Shown here: positions 51,990 to 62,406 of the stretch, piece by piece | Layout of the letters: every line of letters begins with the position of its first letter | Position numbering within the stretch: the first letter of the stretch is position 1 | Assembly (NCBI GenBank): GCA_041937175.2 | Contig: CP166615.1 | Location: 3,840,001 to 3,904,000 of the forward strand | DNA: 64,000 bases | Reading direction: 5' to 3' | Source of the DNA: Limnothrix sp. BL-A-16 | GTDB lineage: Bacteria; Cyanobacteriota; Cyanobacteriia; CACIAM-69d | The notes under the pieces: generated by a model | What the model was told of the DNA's origin: nothing | Seen by the model: the letters and a program-made list of their open reading frames with translations, nothing else | Database searches by the model: none | Program-made: the position numbers and the translations under genes

Positions 51990-53129
51990 CTAGCGCACCA
52001 CCGCCTGCTGGCGATCGAGCTGAATCAAGGTTTGGTTACCCCGCATCAGTCGATAGGAAGCGGTCCAAGTGCCTGGCATCAGGGGCGATCGGCGAGTGCC
52101 CTTGCCCACGTAGGTAATCCACTGTTTGTGATCTTGGTCGATCGGCCGTTGATAGTCCGTGACGATCGACCCATCGGGGGCCAACAGCTTGAAATATTCC
52201 ACATCCCCCTTTTGCACCCCAAAGGCATGAACCCAAAAGGTGAGCGCCTCCGCCTGGCCGGGAATCTGGTTGCTTTGGAACTCGCCGCGCCACAGCTCAT
52301 CCTCCACCGGTTGCTTGGGGGCAAAGCCGCTGCGAATTAGCCCCGTGGCCACATAGTTGCGTGCCCCGTCATTCCAAACCGTGTTGGAGTTGTTGCCCGT
52401 TGCGCAGCCCGCAATCCGATCGCCCCCCAACAGCGGATCCACTTCCTTGCCATCCTTGCGCACTGTCACATGCACATGGGGAAAGGTGGTCATGCCCGAC
52501 AGACCCACCAGACCCAGGGGATTGCCCGCTTGGACCCGATCGCCAATTTTGACCCGCACGCTGCCCTGTTTCATGTGGCAATACTGGGTTTGCCAGCCGT
52601 TGCCATGGTCCAGCATTACGCCGTTGCCGCACTCAATGCCCGCCACGGTCGATCGCGCTTCCGGGGAAGTGAGCCGCCGATCGGGCACACCATCCCGCAT
52701 GGCCGACACCGTGCCCGCCGCCGTGGCCACCACCGGCACAGCCGTTTGCGGAGTCCAGAAGGGAATTGCAAAATCCGTGCCGTTGTGGCCGTCATAGGTC
52801 AAGTGCCGACACATGGAATCCCGCTCGCCCGTGCTGGGGTCGTGGTCGGGATAGAGCATCACAAAGCAATCTTTGCCCAGTTGGCAATCGATCGGGCGGC
52901 GCAACAGGGCGGTGGCCGTTCTCTGGGCCAAGCGGTCATCGATCGGGCGCTCCGGAGCCGGAATGCTGATGACACCGCCGGCCGGCGCGATCGCGGACGC
53001 GTCGGCCGCTTGGGCCAGAGCAGGAGAATCTGAAGGGGCCGATTGCCCGATCGGGCCCTTCAGACCCACCCAAGTCAACCCCGCGCCGATCAAGATCAAG
53101 GAGCCGATCCTTAGGGGCCATGCAAACAT
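51990..53129 (-). CDS. M23 family metallopeptidase
   Basis: N-terminal anchor; TYDGHNGTDF (HxxxD), CGNGV..DHG.GWQTQYCH, FPHVH (HxH). Confidence 0.9.
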   Translation of the reverse strand: MFAWPLRIGSLILIGAGLTWVGLKGPIGQSAPSDSPALAQAADASAIAPAGGVISIPAPERPIDDRLAQRTATALLRRPIDCQLGKDCFVMLYPDHDPSTGERDSMCRHLTYDGHNGTDFAIPFWTPQTAVPVVATAAGTVSAMRDGVPDRRLTSPEARSTVAGIECGNGVMLDHGNGWQTQYCHMKQGSVRVKIGDRVQAGNPLGLVGLSGMTTFPHVHVTVRKDGKEVDPLLGGDRIAGCATGNNSNTVWNDGARNYVATGLIRSGFAPKQPVEDELWRGEFQSNQIPGQAEALTFWVHAFGVQKGDVEYFKLLAPDGSIVTDYQRPIDQDHKQWITYVGKGTRRSPLMPGTWTASYRLMRGNQTLIQLDRQQAVVR

Positions 53130-53362
53130 GTCACTCACCGTTATTTTTCAGAGAAATCAGAGTCGATCGCCAAAAAGCTGCCTTGCCCTAACCTTCCAAG
53201 GATGCGGTTGCCATCAGGAGACCACTCCATAGACCCGACAAAAATAGACCCGACCAAGACTGAGATGGCGATTCCTCAGACTTAGACCCCCCATGGCCCA
53301 TTTTGGTTGCAACTTTTCGGCCGGTTGCTGGTTCAGTCTGTCTTGCTTCTGCTTTGTGAATC

Positions 53363-53490
53363 CTAAGCCTTGTGCCAAACACCAATAGTTGTGGGGGCAA
53401 GGGGCTTAAGCCCCTTGTCTACGTCGATCAGTGGAGCGGACAGAGTCGCAATTTTGGCTTTTCAGACATCCTCTAAGCCTTGTGCCAAAC
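53363..53490. mobile_element. MITE family B fragment bounded by an 18-bp direct repeat
   Basis: CTAAGCCTTGTGCCAAAC at 53363 and 53473; perfect palindrome at 53398-53417; right end TTTTCAGACATCCTC-TA; homologous to 30784-30928. Confidence 0.7.
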
Positions 53491-53633
53491 GGGCGATCGA
53501 ACAAGGTAACCGCCTGACCCCCCATCCCAAACCGGTTCGTTCTCGGGTTTGAGACTTCAGGCGGTTCCGTGATCATCCCATCCTATTCAGGATTCGTCAT
53601 GATTTGTGAGCTTCTGGCAAGTCCCGGAATGCT

Positions 53634-54473
53634 TCAGTTGGGCTTGCAATAATCCCCCGTGGGCACGGCCCGCTCGATCGTGTAGGCCGCACCGGGCACG
53701 AGGATGAATTCACTGGCTCCCACTTCACTGTTAGGGTTGCCCCAATCGTAGGTGTAGCCCAAGCCGGTGAAGGGTTGCAGATTGGTGCGAATGCTGCGGT
53801 AATACAGCCCCTTAAAGAAGGTTTGATAGTTGGCGATGCCCGATCGGGGGGTGATGCCCGCCACCTTGGGCAAGTCCGCCGCCAGGGATTGGGGAAAATC
53901 CGCTTGGCACTGGCGATCGCTCACTTCCGGATCCGCACAGGGGCGAAACAAATCCCGCGCATCCACCCACATTTCCACAAACACGTCATAGTTCCAGGCC
54001 GGATCCAAGCCCAAATATTGCTGGAGTCGCAGTTTTAAATCCGCTTCGGTGGCGTTGGGATTCTGTTGGCGATATTGCCGACAAAGCTGTTGCACCTGGG
54101 GAGCCGCCGTGACCCAAATCAGTTGGTTTTCGTTGCTGGAACTGTTGGTGGCGGGTTTGATGAAGCGATCGAACGAGCTTTGGCTCTTCCAGGTCACCAT
54201 CAACAATCGCTGGCGATCGGGATGCCAAACCAAATTCGGATTATCCGGCGTGAGGGGAATCAGATCCGCCACCTGCTCGGTGGGTTCCGCCACCGCCGCA
54301 TCCCGAATCGCTTCGTTGTAGCGCTCCTTAGGGGATGGGTTCGCCTGCACCGCATTGGGGCCGATCGACAATGTGCAAACTAAACCCAGTGCTGCCCCAA
54401 GGACGCGCCGAGAAATTTGAGAGATTGAAACAGTCGAAAACATGGCTGTCAGGGGGTCTTCAACCTTGGTCAA
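53634..54473 (-). CDS. Hypothetical exported protein
   Basis: Signal peptide; conserved-looking RLQQYLGL, FVEMWV...DLFRPC.DPE, PFTGLGYTYDWG, GASEFI; start may be 54443. Confidence 0.8.
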   Translation of the reverse strand: MTKVEDPLTAMFSTVSISQISRRVLGAALGLVCTLSIGPNAVQANPSPKERYNEAIRDAAVAEPTEQVADLIPLTPDNPNLVWHPDRQRLLMVTWKSQSSFDRFIKPATNSSSNENQLIWVTAAPQVQQLCRQYRQQNPNATEADLKLRLQQYLGLDPAWNYDVFVEMWVDARDLFRPCADPEVSDRQCQADFPQSLAADLPKVAGITPRSGIANYQTFFKGLYYRSIRTNLQPFTGLGYTYDWGNPNSEVGASEFILVPGAAYTIERAVPTGDYCKPN

Positions 54474-54829
54474 TCGCCATCCTAACCAGACTCCTGGGGA
54501 TTGAGGGCTGGGGGTAAAGGCATTGAATCAATCGTTGAATGCAGAGCAATCACCCGATCGCCCCAATTTCTGAGGATTTTGCGAATTCTATAGATTTGTT
54601 GGTTGGATTAGATTTGTTGCAATTTACCTTGACCCTCGTTCACCAGAATTGACAAAAACCTTAGAACATTCGTGGTAACAAAAGGTTTAAACCCCTTGTT
54701 CAAGATTGGGCGCTGATTAGCTGAATCATTGGCTGAATCATTCGCGGCTATCCATTTTGGACATTGGGCATGGTTTGGCCCCGCTGTTCTGCGTTGGGAG
54801 CAGCGTGGCTATTTTTAGGAACTTTGTGG

Positions 54830-55174
54830 ATGACTACGCCTACCTGCCGCCTCAATTTAGAAACTGGCTCCGTTGCTTTTGGGTATGCACCCGCTGCGGC
54901 CCGGCAATTACAAACGGAATTGAAAGGGTTGATTGATCGAATCAAGGCCGCCACCCAGGTGACTCCCGGCGATCGCCCCACGCCCCAAGCCAATTTGGAC
55001 TATCAACATGCGGGAGAGGTGTTTTTGGAGGTGTTTTGTAACCCCAATATTTGGCCATCACCCTTTGCGGCGAAAGTGCTGTTGACCGTGCGGGACGATC
55101 GCATTCGGCTCAGTTTGGAAACGGCGCTCGATCGCCTGATGTCTGACCTAAATGATTACCTAGAGCAGGTTTAA
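54830..55174 (+). CDS. Conserved cyanobacterial hypothetical protein
   Basis: LNL..GSV.F, FLEVFCNPNIWPSPFAAKVLLTVRDDRIRL. Confidence 0.78.
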   Translation: MTTPTCRLNLETGSVAFGYAPAAARQLQTELKGLIDRIKAATQVTPGDRPTPQANLDYQHAGEVFLEVFCNPNIWPSPFAAKVLLTVRDDRIRLSLETALDRLMSDLNDYLEQV

Positions 55175-55189
55175 GGTTGGTTGTCATTG

Positions 55190-55272
55190 CTTAACCCTCA
55201 TCGTTGTAACAAGGGGCTTAAGCCCCTTGTCCCCCACGATCTGGCAACGGTGGAATCAAGGTTTCAGGCGAT
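55190..55272 (-). mobile_element. Partial MITE family A copy (reverse orientation)
   Basis: Reverse complement ATCGCCTGAAACCTTGATTCCACCGTTG...GTGGGGGACAAGGGGCTTAAGCCCCTTGTTACAAC; palindrome at 55210-55229. Confidence 0.7.
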
Positions 55273-55285
55273 TTGGTGATCGGTC

Positions 55286-56377
55286 TTAGGGCGCGTTCAC
55301 CTGTTCGACTGGCTTTTCGACTGGCGGTGGAAAGGGTTGCTGCACAAATTCCATCAGAATATCCGTGCAGCGGGCGATCGCCTTCAGGTGGGCAATCTCG
55401 TAACCGTGGGTGTTTTGGGTGGGAAAGCCCAAGCAGGCGGCCCGGGGCACATGGCCAAATTTCATGGCGATCGAACCATCGCTGCCAAATCCGCTGATCA
55501 CGGCGTATTGAATGGGTAAGTGCAATCGCTCGGCCGCCGCCTGTAGCGCCCGGTTCAGATCTTCGTCATACAGCCCATAGGCATCCTGGGACAGCAACAC
55601 CGGCACGGGCCCCGGGGCGATCGGGTATTCCGGGGCGATCGGGGCAATTTCCAACGCAATCAGGGCCGCCAGCTTCTGTTGTTGCGCAAAGTACATGGCT
55701 CCCAAGGCTCCCACCTCTTCCTTGGCGGAGGCAACCAAATATAGATCCATGGCCGGCGGTTCCTGGGCCAATAGCCGTGCTGCCAAGTCCAGCAAAATCG
55801 CTACGGAAGCCTTGTTATCGAGGGTGTAGCTGGCGATTTGGTTCGGGCCCAGGCGCAACGGTTGCTTGCGGTGTTTGCTCACCACGGCGCGGCTGCCGGG
55901 CCGAATGCCCGCTGCGGCCAACTCAGCAGGGATCCGACCCGTTTCTACCCAAGCCCGCTCCCAGGTCAGGGGCTGGTTTTCCTGCAAATTTCGCTGGGGG
56001 GACTCGTGGGACACATGGCGCGATCCAAAACTGAGCACGCCGGTAATGGTTTGGCGATCGCCCAACAGATCGATCGCCCCTTCGCCATAGACCCAAGGGA
56101 AAGCCCCGCCCAGCTTGCGCAACTGCACCCGCCCATCGGACTCAACGCCTTTGACGATCGCGCCGATCTCATCCTTGTGGGCCGTGATGGCGATCGGCTT
56201 GGCGGTGCGATCGCGCCCGGGAATCACAAAAATCAAATTACCGGCCTCGTCTTGATTCCAGGTCAACCCCAGCGCCTCGGCACGGGCGATTAACCAGCGA
56301 TCGACCTCCTGTTCGGCCCCGCTGGGCGAATGACACATCACTAGGGCGCTGATGGTTGCAAAAAGTTCGTCATACAT
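55286..56377 (-). CDS. M42 family metallo-aminopeptidase
   Basis: HSPSGAE, TAHKDEIG, LDNKAS, KEEVG, GSDG, NTHGYE. Confidence 0.9.
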   Translation of the reverse strand: MYDELFATISALVMCHSPSGAEQEVDRWLIARAEALGLTWNQDEAGNLIFVIPGRDRTAKPIAITAHKDEIGAIVKGVESDGRVQLRKLGGAFPWVYGEGAIDLLGDRQTITGVLSFGSRHVSHESPQRNLQENQPLTWERAWVETGRIPAELAAAGIRPGSRAVVSKHRKQPLRLGPNQIASYTLDNKASVAILLDLAARLLAQEPPAMDLYLVASAKEEVGALGAMYFAQQQKLAALIALEIAPIAPEYPIAPGPVPVLLSQDAYGLYDEDLNRALQAAAERLHLPIQYAVISGFGSDGSIAMKFGHVPRAACLGFPTQNTHGYEIAHLKAIARCTDILMEFVQQPFPPPVEKPVEQVNAP

Positions 56378-56556
56378 GGCGAGATCACGGGGCTGGGATG
56401 GTGGGGGAACTGGGTGGCAAGGTCTCGATCGCGATCGAAAATCCAAGAATCCAAACTATTCCTTCAAGGTTTGATTGAACAAAATTCGCCTTGATCAAGA
56501 CTTGACTTGCAGAACTTTTTTGACTCGCAGAACCTTAATGATTGACTTGCAGAATT

Positions 56557-58182
56557 TTAACGATCGCCCTCCGTGGCCCGACGCGCCTGTTCCCAGGCAA
56601 TCCAAGCCGCTCGGTGAATATCCAGCCAAGAAATGGCCCGATCGCGTGCCAACGCGGCCACATCCTCAAACTCTGGGTGAACATTCTGAACAGTCTTGCG
56701 GGTTTCGTCTTGCCAAGCCACCTTCACCCGCACGGGGCCATAGTCCGTGTCCACCACTTCCAAATGGCGCGGCAAAACACGGCGCTGTTGAAACGATCGA
56801 CGAATCCCGATCGTGGTGGTTTCCTGAAACAACACATCCTCACAGGCAGTGAACCGATCCAGGGGCGTAATCACCGTGATGGCCACGCCGGCCCGCGATT
56901 TTTTCATGGTCACCGGCTGCACAAAGGCATCCAGGGCCCCCACCTGCAACAACCGCTCGATCGCATAGGCGATCGCCTGGGGGCTGCAATCATCAATTTG
57001 GGTTTCCAACACCGCCACCGTTTCCAGGTCAGGATCATGGGGGCTGGCTAGGCTCTCTGGCCCCGGCAAAGCTGGGCCGGATTGACCCGGCAAAAACTGC
57101 CCTGATGTCAATGGCTGACCAGCCCGGGGAGACCACTCGGGGCGATCGCCTGGAGCCGGAGACTGCGGGCCCCGATCGCTCCGGGGCAGGGGCAAAATCG
57201 GTGGGGGCAACGGGGCCGATCGCACCAACGGAGCCGCCAAACCGGCGGGCGCTGCCAATTCCCCCAACCACAGCCGCACGATGTTGGGCAACGGGAGCGA
57301 TCGCTGGCCCGCGCCCAACCCCACCCGCTGAAGGGTCATGGCCGGCGGCGACCCGAACCCCTGGGCCAGTCCCACGGCGATCGCGGCTCCCGTGGGGGTC
57401 ACCAATTCCCGATCGATTCCGTTGGCATAAACCGGCACTTGTCCCATTTCAAACAGCTTCAACACCGCCGGAACCGGCACGGGCAATCGCCCATGGGCCG
57501 CCCAAACCGTGCCGCCGCCCGTGGGCAAAGCGGAAAAGAAAACCTGCTCAACCCCCAACCAATCCAGCCCCAAACAGGTTCCCACCACATCCACGATCGC
57601 ATCGATCGCCCCCACCTCGTGGAACTGCACCTGTTCTGGCGCAATCCCATGCACCGCCCCTTCCGCTTGGGCCAACTGCCAAAAGATCGATCGACTCCAT
57701 TGCACCACCCGATCAGGTAGCGACGAACTCAGCAGCATCGCCTCAATGTCTGGCCAACGGCGGCTGTGGTGATGGGTGTGATGGTTGTGGGGATCGTGGT
57801 GATGATGATGATGCTCAGGGCTATGGTCGTGATCATCGTGTTTGTGCCCATGATGCTCGTGCCCATGATGCTCATGATGCTCATGCCCATGATTTCCCAG
57901 AGCCTCAGGTGAGCGGGCAGATGGTTCAGTCCCTTCCCCCGGCTTATCCATGGGATCTTCCACTTGAAATGAACCACCGGGCGATCGCCACTCCACGATC
58001 GCTTTCAAGGCTCGCTGACCGTTGTGGTGCTTGGTTTGGCTGCTGAGGCGATATTCCTCAGCAATTCCCAGGCGATCGAGCTGCGATCGCACATAATCCA
58101 AGGGCACACCCACATCCAGCAGCGCCCCCAAACACATATCCCCCGCCAGCCCCGTTGGGCAATCAAAATAGGCCACCTTCAT
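56557..58182 (-). CDS. larC: Nickel-pincer cofactor biosynthesis protein LarC
   Basis: AYFDCPTGLAGDMCLGAL, His-rich tract, FHEVGAIDAIVD, ELVTPTGAAI, LETQIDD, MKKSR.G, ETTTIGIR, PEFED. Confidence 0.93.
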   Translation of the reverse strand: MKVAYFDCPTGLAGDMCLGALLDVGVPLDYVRSQLDRLGIAEEYRLSSQTKHHNGQRALKAIVEWRSPGGSFQVEDPMDKPGEGTEPSARSPEALGNHGHEHHEHHGHEHHGHKHDDHDHSPEHHHHHHDPHNHHTHHHSRRWPDIEAMLLSSSLPDRVVQWSRSIFWQLAQAEGAVHGIAPEQVQFHEVGAIDAIVDVVGTCLGLDWLGVEQVFFSALPTGGGTVWAAHGRLPVPVPAVLKLFEMGQVPVYANGIDRELVTPTGAAIAVGLAQGFGSPPAMTLQRVGLGAGQRSLPLPNIVRLWLGELAAPAGLAAPLVRSAPLPPPILPLPRSDRGPQSPAPGDRPEWSPRAGQPLTSGQFLPGQSGPALPGPESLASPHDPDLETVAVLETQIDDCSPQAIAYAIERLLQVGALDAFVQPVTMKKSRAGVAITVITPLDRFTACEDVLFQETTTIGIRRSFQQRRVLPRHLEVVDTDYGPVRVKVAWQDETRKTVQNVHPEFEDVAALARDRAISWLDIHRAAWIAWEQARRATEGDR

Positions 58183-58946
58183 TTGTTTTGCCCTCCGCCC
58201 AAGTCTGAAAAATCTATCCCGCCATCTTGCTGGCAAGCGCTTTGGCAATCCGTTTGGGAGCCGGTCGATCGTTGGTCTTGATGATCTGTTGATGAAATCT
58301 TGAGATCCGTTGGTTGGTTAATCGTTCAAGAACTGAGCGTGTTCGTGAATTTTGCGTGCCCGCGAATGCACTGATTATGAGTCAGCTTTGATCTGACCGT
58401 GTGGCCGCATCAGTGTGGCCGCATCAGTTCGATCGATGGGCCCCTTGGTTGTGTTGGGGTCAGTCCACGGGGGTTCATCATAGTTTTCTTCCGGCTCCTG
58501 GTGATTGAGGGTTAATCAACAGTGAACTCAATGCATCTAGAAAATTGCCACATTACACCCCGTATAAATACTGAGTTAAAAATGCACCAGTGTTTTCAAA
58601 AAATGTCGAAATGGTCTGAATTTTGGTCGATTTTGAGAGTGAAATTGCTGATCCCGATTCAGTGATGATTGATGCACCGTCAGGGCCAACAATGAGCCAC
58701 AATAAACAACAGATCATGCTACGGCGTGATTAGCCCCGATCGCCCCCCAATCCCAATTGATGAGCGGGCGATCGACCCGAAGACTTCTTGTCATCTCATC
58801 CCGAAGTCTTCTCGCGCCCTTTCCCAGGAAAATTTCCCCAGGGCGATCAATCACACCATCGCATTCTCTCAACGCCACTTCGGCCCAGTTGACCTCAACC
58901 ACCCAACTGGCTCAACGCACTCAAGGACATCGACGAGGAAACGACC

Positions 58947-60340
58947 ATGACGAATGCCTCCCGTCCCCCGGTTCCCCCGCCGCCGCCGCCACCACCGCCT
59001 CGGGTGGCCCCGCCGCCGCCGCCGCCGGTTGCTGGTCGTCCTCCGTCGCCTCCCCCGATCGGGAACAACGAGCAAACCCTCCCGATCAACATGGCTCCGC
59101 CGCGCGTGGCCCCACCGCCGCCCCCACGGCTCCGCCGCCGCCCATGGCCCCGCCGCCACCGGCCGCCAACACGGTCACCACCCCCGCGCCACCGTCCACC
59201 GTGGTACAGTCAGGGCCCCCCAGTGCTCCGGTGGCGGCCCAAGTGGCCCCGCCTCCTGTGAAGCGCAAGCCCTCCCCTGGTCAGCCGACCATGATTGACA
59301 TTGTGAAGCGGGCAGACGAAGAAGGCTGCTCCGACGTTCACTTGGGAGTGAATGAAGTGCCCCGCTTCCGCAAGCGCGGTGACATCGTGCCCCTGGACTA
59401 TCCCACCACCGACCTCGACACCTTCATGAGTTGGTTGGGAGAAATCATGAGCGAAGAAGATATCGCCTTCTTCCAAGAAAATTTGGACTATGACGGAGCT
59501 GCCGATCTGGGCTTCGTGCGGATTCGGATTAGCTGCTTTGATTCGTTGGCGGGCCCGGCCATGGTGTTGCGGCTGATTGGGGCCACCATTCTGAGCATGG
59601 AGCAGCTTAATTTGCCGCCCGTGTTCCGGGATGTTTGTCACTACCACAAGGGCTTGATTTTGGTGACAGGGCCCACGGGTTCCGGGAAATCCACCACCAT
59701 GGCCGCCATGTTCGACTACATCAACAAGAGCATGGCGAAGCACATCATCACGATCGAGGATCCGGTGGAGTTTGTGCATATCAGCCAGAAATCCCTGATC
59801 AAGCACCGGGAAGTGGGGCGGCACACGCGGCAATTTTTCAACGCCCTGAAGGGGGCCCTGCGCCAAGACCCGGACATCATGTTGGTGGGAGAAATTCGGG
59901 ACGCGGACACAATGAAAATCGCCCTGAAGGCGGCCTCAACGGGTCACTTGGTTTGCGGAACCCTGCACACCAACAGCGCCATCAAGACGATCGAGCGGGT
60001 GTTGGGGATGTTTCCCCCCAATGAGCACGCGGCCCTGCGGGTGAGCTTGGCCGAATCATTGGTGGCGATCATTGCCCAAGGGTTGTGCAAAACCACCGAT
60101 GGGAAACGAGCGGCCTACCACGACATCTTGATCGCCACCGATGCGATTAAGGAATACATCATCAAGGGCGAGATGGAGGAGATTAACCAGGTGATGCTGA
60201 AGTCAGAGTTTGACGGCATGATCACCATGAATAAGGCGCTGTTTAATCTTTACCAGGAGGGCCGCATCACGGAGGAAACGGCTCTGGAAAACTCGCCTAC
60301 GCCGAATGAAATGGCCCAATTCCTACGCGGTCGGGTGTAA
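58947..60340 (+). CDS. pilT: Type IV pilus retraction ATPase PilT with Pro-rich N-terminal extension; 1-nt frameshift near 59121-59125
   Basis: SDVHLG, TGPTGSGKSTT, ITIEDPVEF, LRQDPD..LVGEIRD, TGHLVCGTLHT; poly-Pro leader begins at ATG 58947 (GAGG upstream) in a different frame. Confidence 0.9.
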
Positions 60341-60354
60341 GTTGCGTTTGGGGG

Positions 60355-60552
60355 CAAGGGGCTGAAGCCCCTTGTCTCCGATTGTCGTCAAAGCGCCTGA
60401 AACCCTGATTCCACCTTACTGACATCGTGAGGGGCAAGGGGCTTGAGCATCTTGTTACGACGACCGGGACGACGACTGAGACATGGAAAATCAATCGTTT
60501 CCGCCTGATCCTAGGAAATGACAACAGGCCCGAAAGTCCCTTGTCTCCGATT
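60355..60552. mobile_element. REP palindrome variant plus MITE family A copy (60383-60531) flanked by a 15-bp direct repeat
   Basis: CAAGGGGCTGAAGCCCCTTG at 60355; TGTCGTC...CGCCTGAAACCCTGATTCCACC...GGAAATGACAACAGGCCC; CCCTTGTCTCCGATT at 60369 and 60538. Confidence 0.72.
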
Positions 60553-60557
60553 CGGGC

Positions 60558-61472
60558 CTAGACGTTTTTCAGGGCTTCGGGTTGGTTTTGTAACCACCGA
60601 TCGACCCCGTGGCGTTGCAAGATAGTTTTGATTTCTTGGGCGATCGGGATGGGCTGTTCCACCATGCCCATATGTCCACAATCGGGAATTTCCCGCAGGT
60701 TTTCGCCCGACATGTCAAACAGCGGATGGAAGCTGGCCAAGTGGCGCACATAGCGCGGCTCCATCACGGAATCTTGGTTTCCGGCAATGAAGTAGGCCGG
60801 CTGGGTGAGCTGGGCCACCACCTGTGGCAAGCGATGAACTTCCGCTTCGGTGGTGGACTCCAACAGGGTCCAGAGGGCTGCCTCGGGATGGGCGGTCACA
60901 AAGTCGATTAGTCGTTGCCGACCCCATTGGCGGGCCACCGGGCGGGCCACGCTGTCGCGGCTGAAGACCCAATCAAGACCCGGAAAGGCCCGCAACCATT
61001 GGGGCCGAAATTGCACCAAGCGCTGGCCGACGGCCCGAAAGCGCTCAAATTCTTCTTTGAGATAAATGCCGCCACCGGAGTTGAGGCAAATGACCCCTTG
61101 AATCCGATCGGGAAACTTGTGGGCGCTCCACAGGGCGATCGCCCCGCCGAGGGAGTGACCCACAATCCAGGCGGTCTCAATCCCCAAATGCTCAAGCAGC
61201 CGATTTAAATCTTCGGCATAGGCTGCCGGGGCGTAGTTTTGGTAACGCTCGCGCGGCGTTGAAAATTGCTGGGGCTGGGTGGGTTGGGATGCCCCAAAAC
61301 CGCGCAGGTCATAGGACAAACAAGGGATATGGGGCTGGAATTGGTCAATGAGGGGCTGCCAATAGTGGCGGCTGAGCAGCCAACCATGGACAAAGACCAA
61401 AGCCCAGCGGGTGGGGCGATCGGGATCGAGCCGGTAACTGTGGGGAACGCCGCGAATGGTGATGGTTGCCAT
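60558..61472 (-). CDS. Alpha/beta fold hydrolase
   Basis: VFVHGW, YDLRGFG, GHSLGG nucleophile elbow, CGHMGMVEQP. Confidence 0.92.
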   Translation of the reverse strand: MATITIRGVPHSYRLDPDRPTRWALVFVHGWLLSRHYWQPLIDQFQPHIPCLSYDLRGFGASQPTQPQQFSTPRERYQNYAPAAYAEDLNRLLEHLGIETAWIVGHSLGGAIALWSAHKFPDRIQGVICLNSGGGIYLKEEFERFRAVGQRLVQFRPQWLRAFPGLDWVFSRDSVARPVARQWGRQRLIDFVTAHPEAALWTLLESTTEAEVHRLPQVVAQLTQPAYFIAGNQDSVMEPRYVRHLASFHPLFDMSGENLREIPDCGHMGMVEQPIPIAQEIKTILQRHGVDRWLQNQPEALKNV

Positions 61473-62178
61473 ACTCCGATCCTATCAGGAACAGCCCGAT
61501 CCCTGGATCGGTTTGGAAGCGCAAGGGAAGCGGTTCCCAAGCAAAAGACTGGAGAAGCTGAAACGGTCTGGTAGTCGTGGTTTTCAGGGTTTCAGCCTTT
61601 GACGGTTCCGGATTTTGGCTGCCCTGCCCGAAAGAAAAAAAGTTGCGATCGACCCCCACGGCCGCCAGCCCAGCGAGACGGTAAATCGAGGCTAATCGCC
61701 CGATCGCCCCTCGAAATTGGCTCCGAGCAGGGCGATCGATCCCGATCCACCTCGATTCGCTTCGATTTGCCTCGATCCACCGCGACCACGGCAATCAACG
61801 CAACAACAATCAACAAAACAGCGACGGGTCATCAGCAATGGCAACTGGCCACTGGCAACCGGCAATTAACAACTGCAAAAGCCAATCATCGCCGTAACGC
61901 ATTGGGGGAGTAATTCTCAGAAGTTCTGATCTGGCTTTGTTCTCTCAGAACTATCGCCCCAAAACCACACTCCACCACACCTAATTCAGAATTACTGGAT
62001 ACCAGGCTGAACTGGCTAAACGAACCGCAAACATGCTTTAGCTAATTCTGACTAATGCTGATTGGTGGAGGGTTGAAAATTCCGCTTTTGATGGAATCAA
62101 ATTCTCGGAAATTGCATAACAAAATCCTAGAAAGAAAACGGAATCAACCCCCCAATTACAGGCTTCATCAAACGATCC

Positions 62179-62406
62179 TTAGCTCGCAGGATTGGCGAAC
62201 ACATACCGCACAAAATCGCGGCGGCCGCTGCCCCGGTGCGAGTTCCGAGTGCGACGCACCACAGTGGGCGCAGCCTCTACGGACAGTTCTTGATGATTGG
62301 TCATTTGGGTTTCAGAAACCAAGGGAGTCATTGCGCCCGCCGGCAGCGATGGCGCAACCGCTAGGCACAAACCGAGCAGCATCGAAGCAGAAGGGAACAG
62401 GCGCAT
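62179..62406 (-). CDS. patX: PatX-like secreted RGSGR signalling peptide precursor
   Basis: 75 aa; hydrophobic signal-like N-terminus; HRGSGRR near the C-terminus (RGSGR codons at 62221-62235). Confidence 0.8.
   Translation of the reverse strand: MRLFPSASMLLGLCLAVAPSLPAGAMTPLVSETQMTNHQELSVEAAPTVVRRTRNSHRGSGRRDFVRYVFANPAS

Noticed and set aside
53260..53300. GAGATGGCGATTCCTC resembling the 5' half of a fluoride riboswitch
   Set aside because: The 3' conserved half is missing and no relevant gene follows on that strand.
58757..58946. ORF-track start of pilT at 58757
   Set aside because: The translation is Ser/Arg-rich then an off-frame reading of the CCG repeats; ATG 58947 with an RBS and a poly-Pro frame is more credible.
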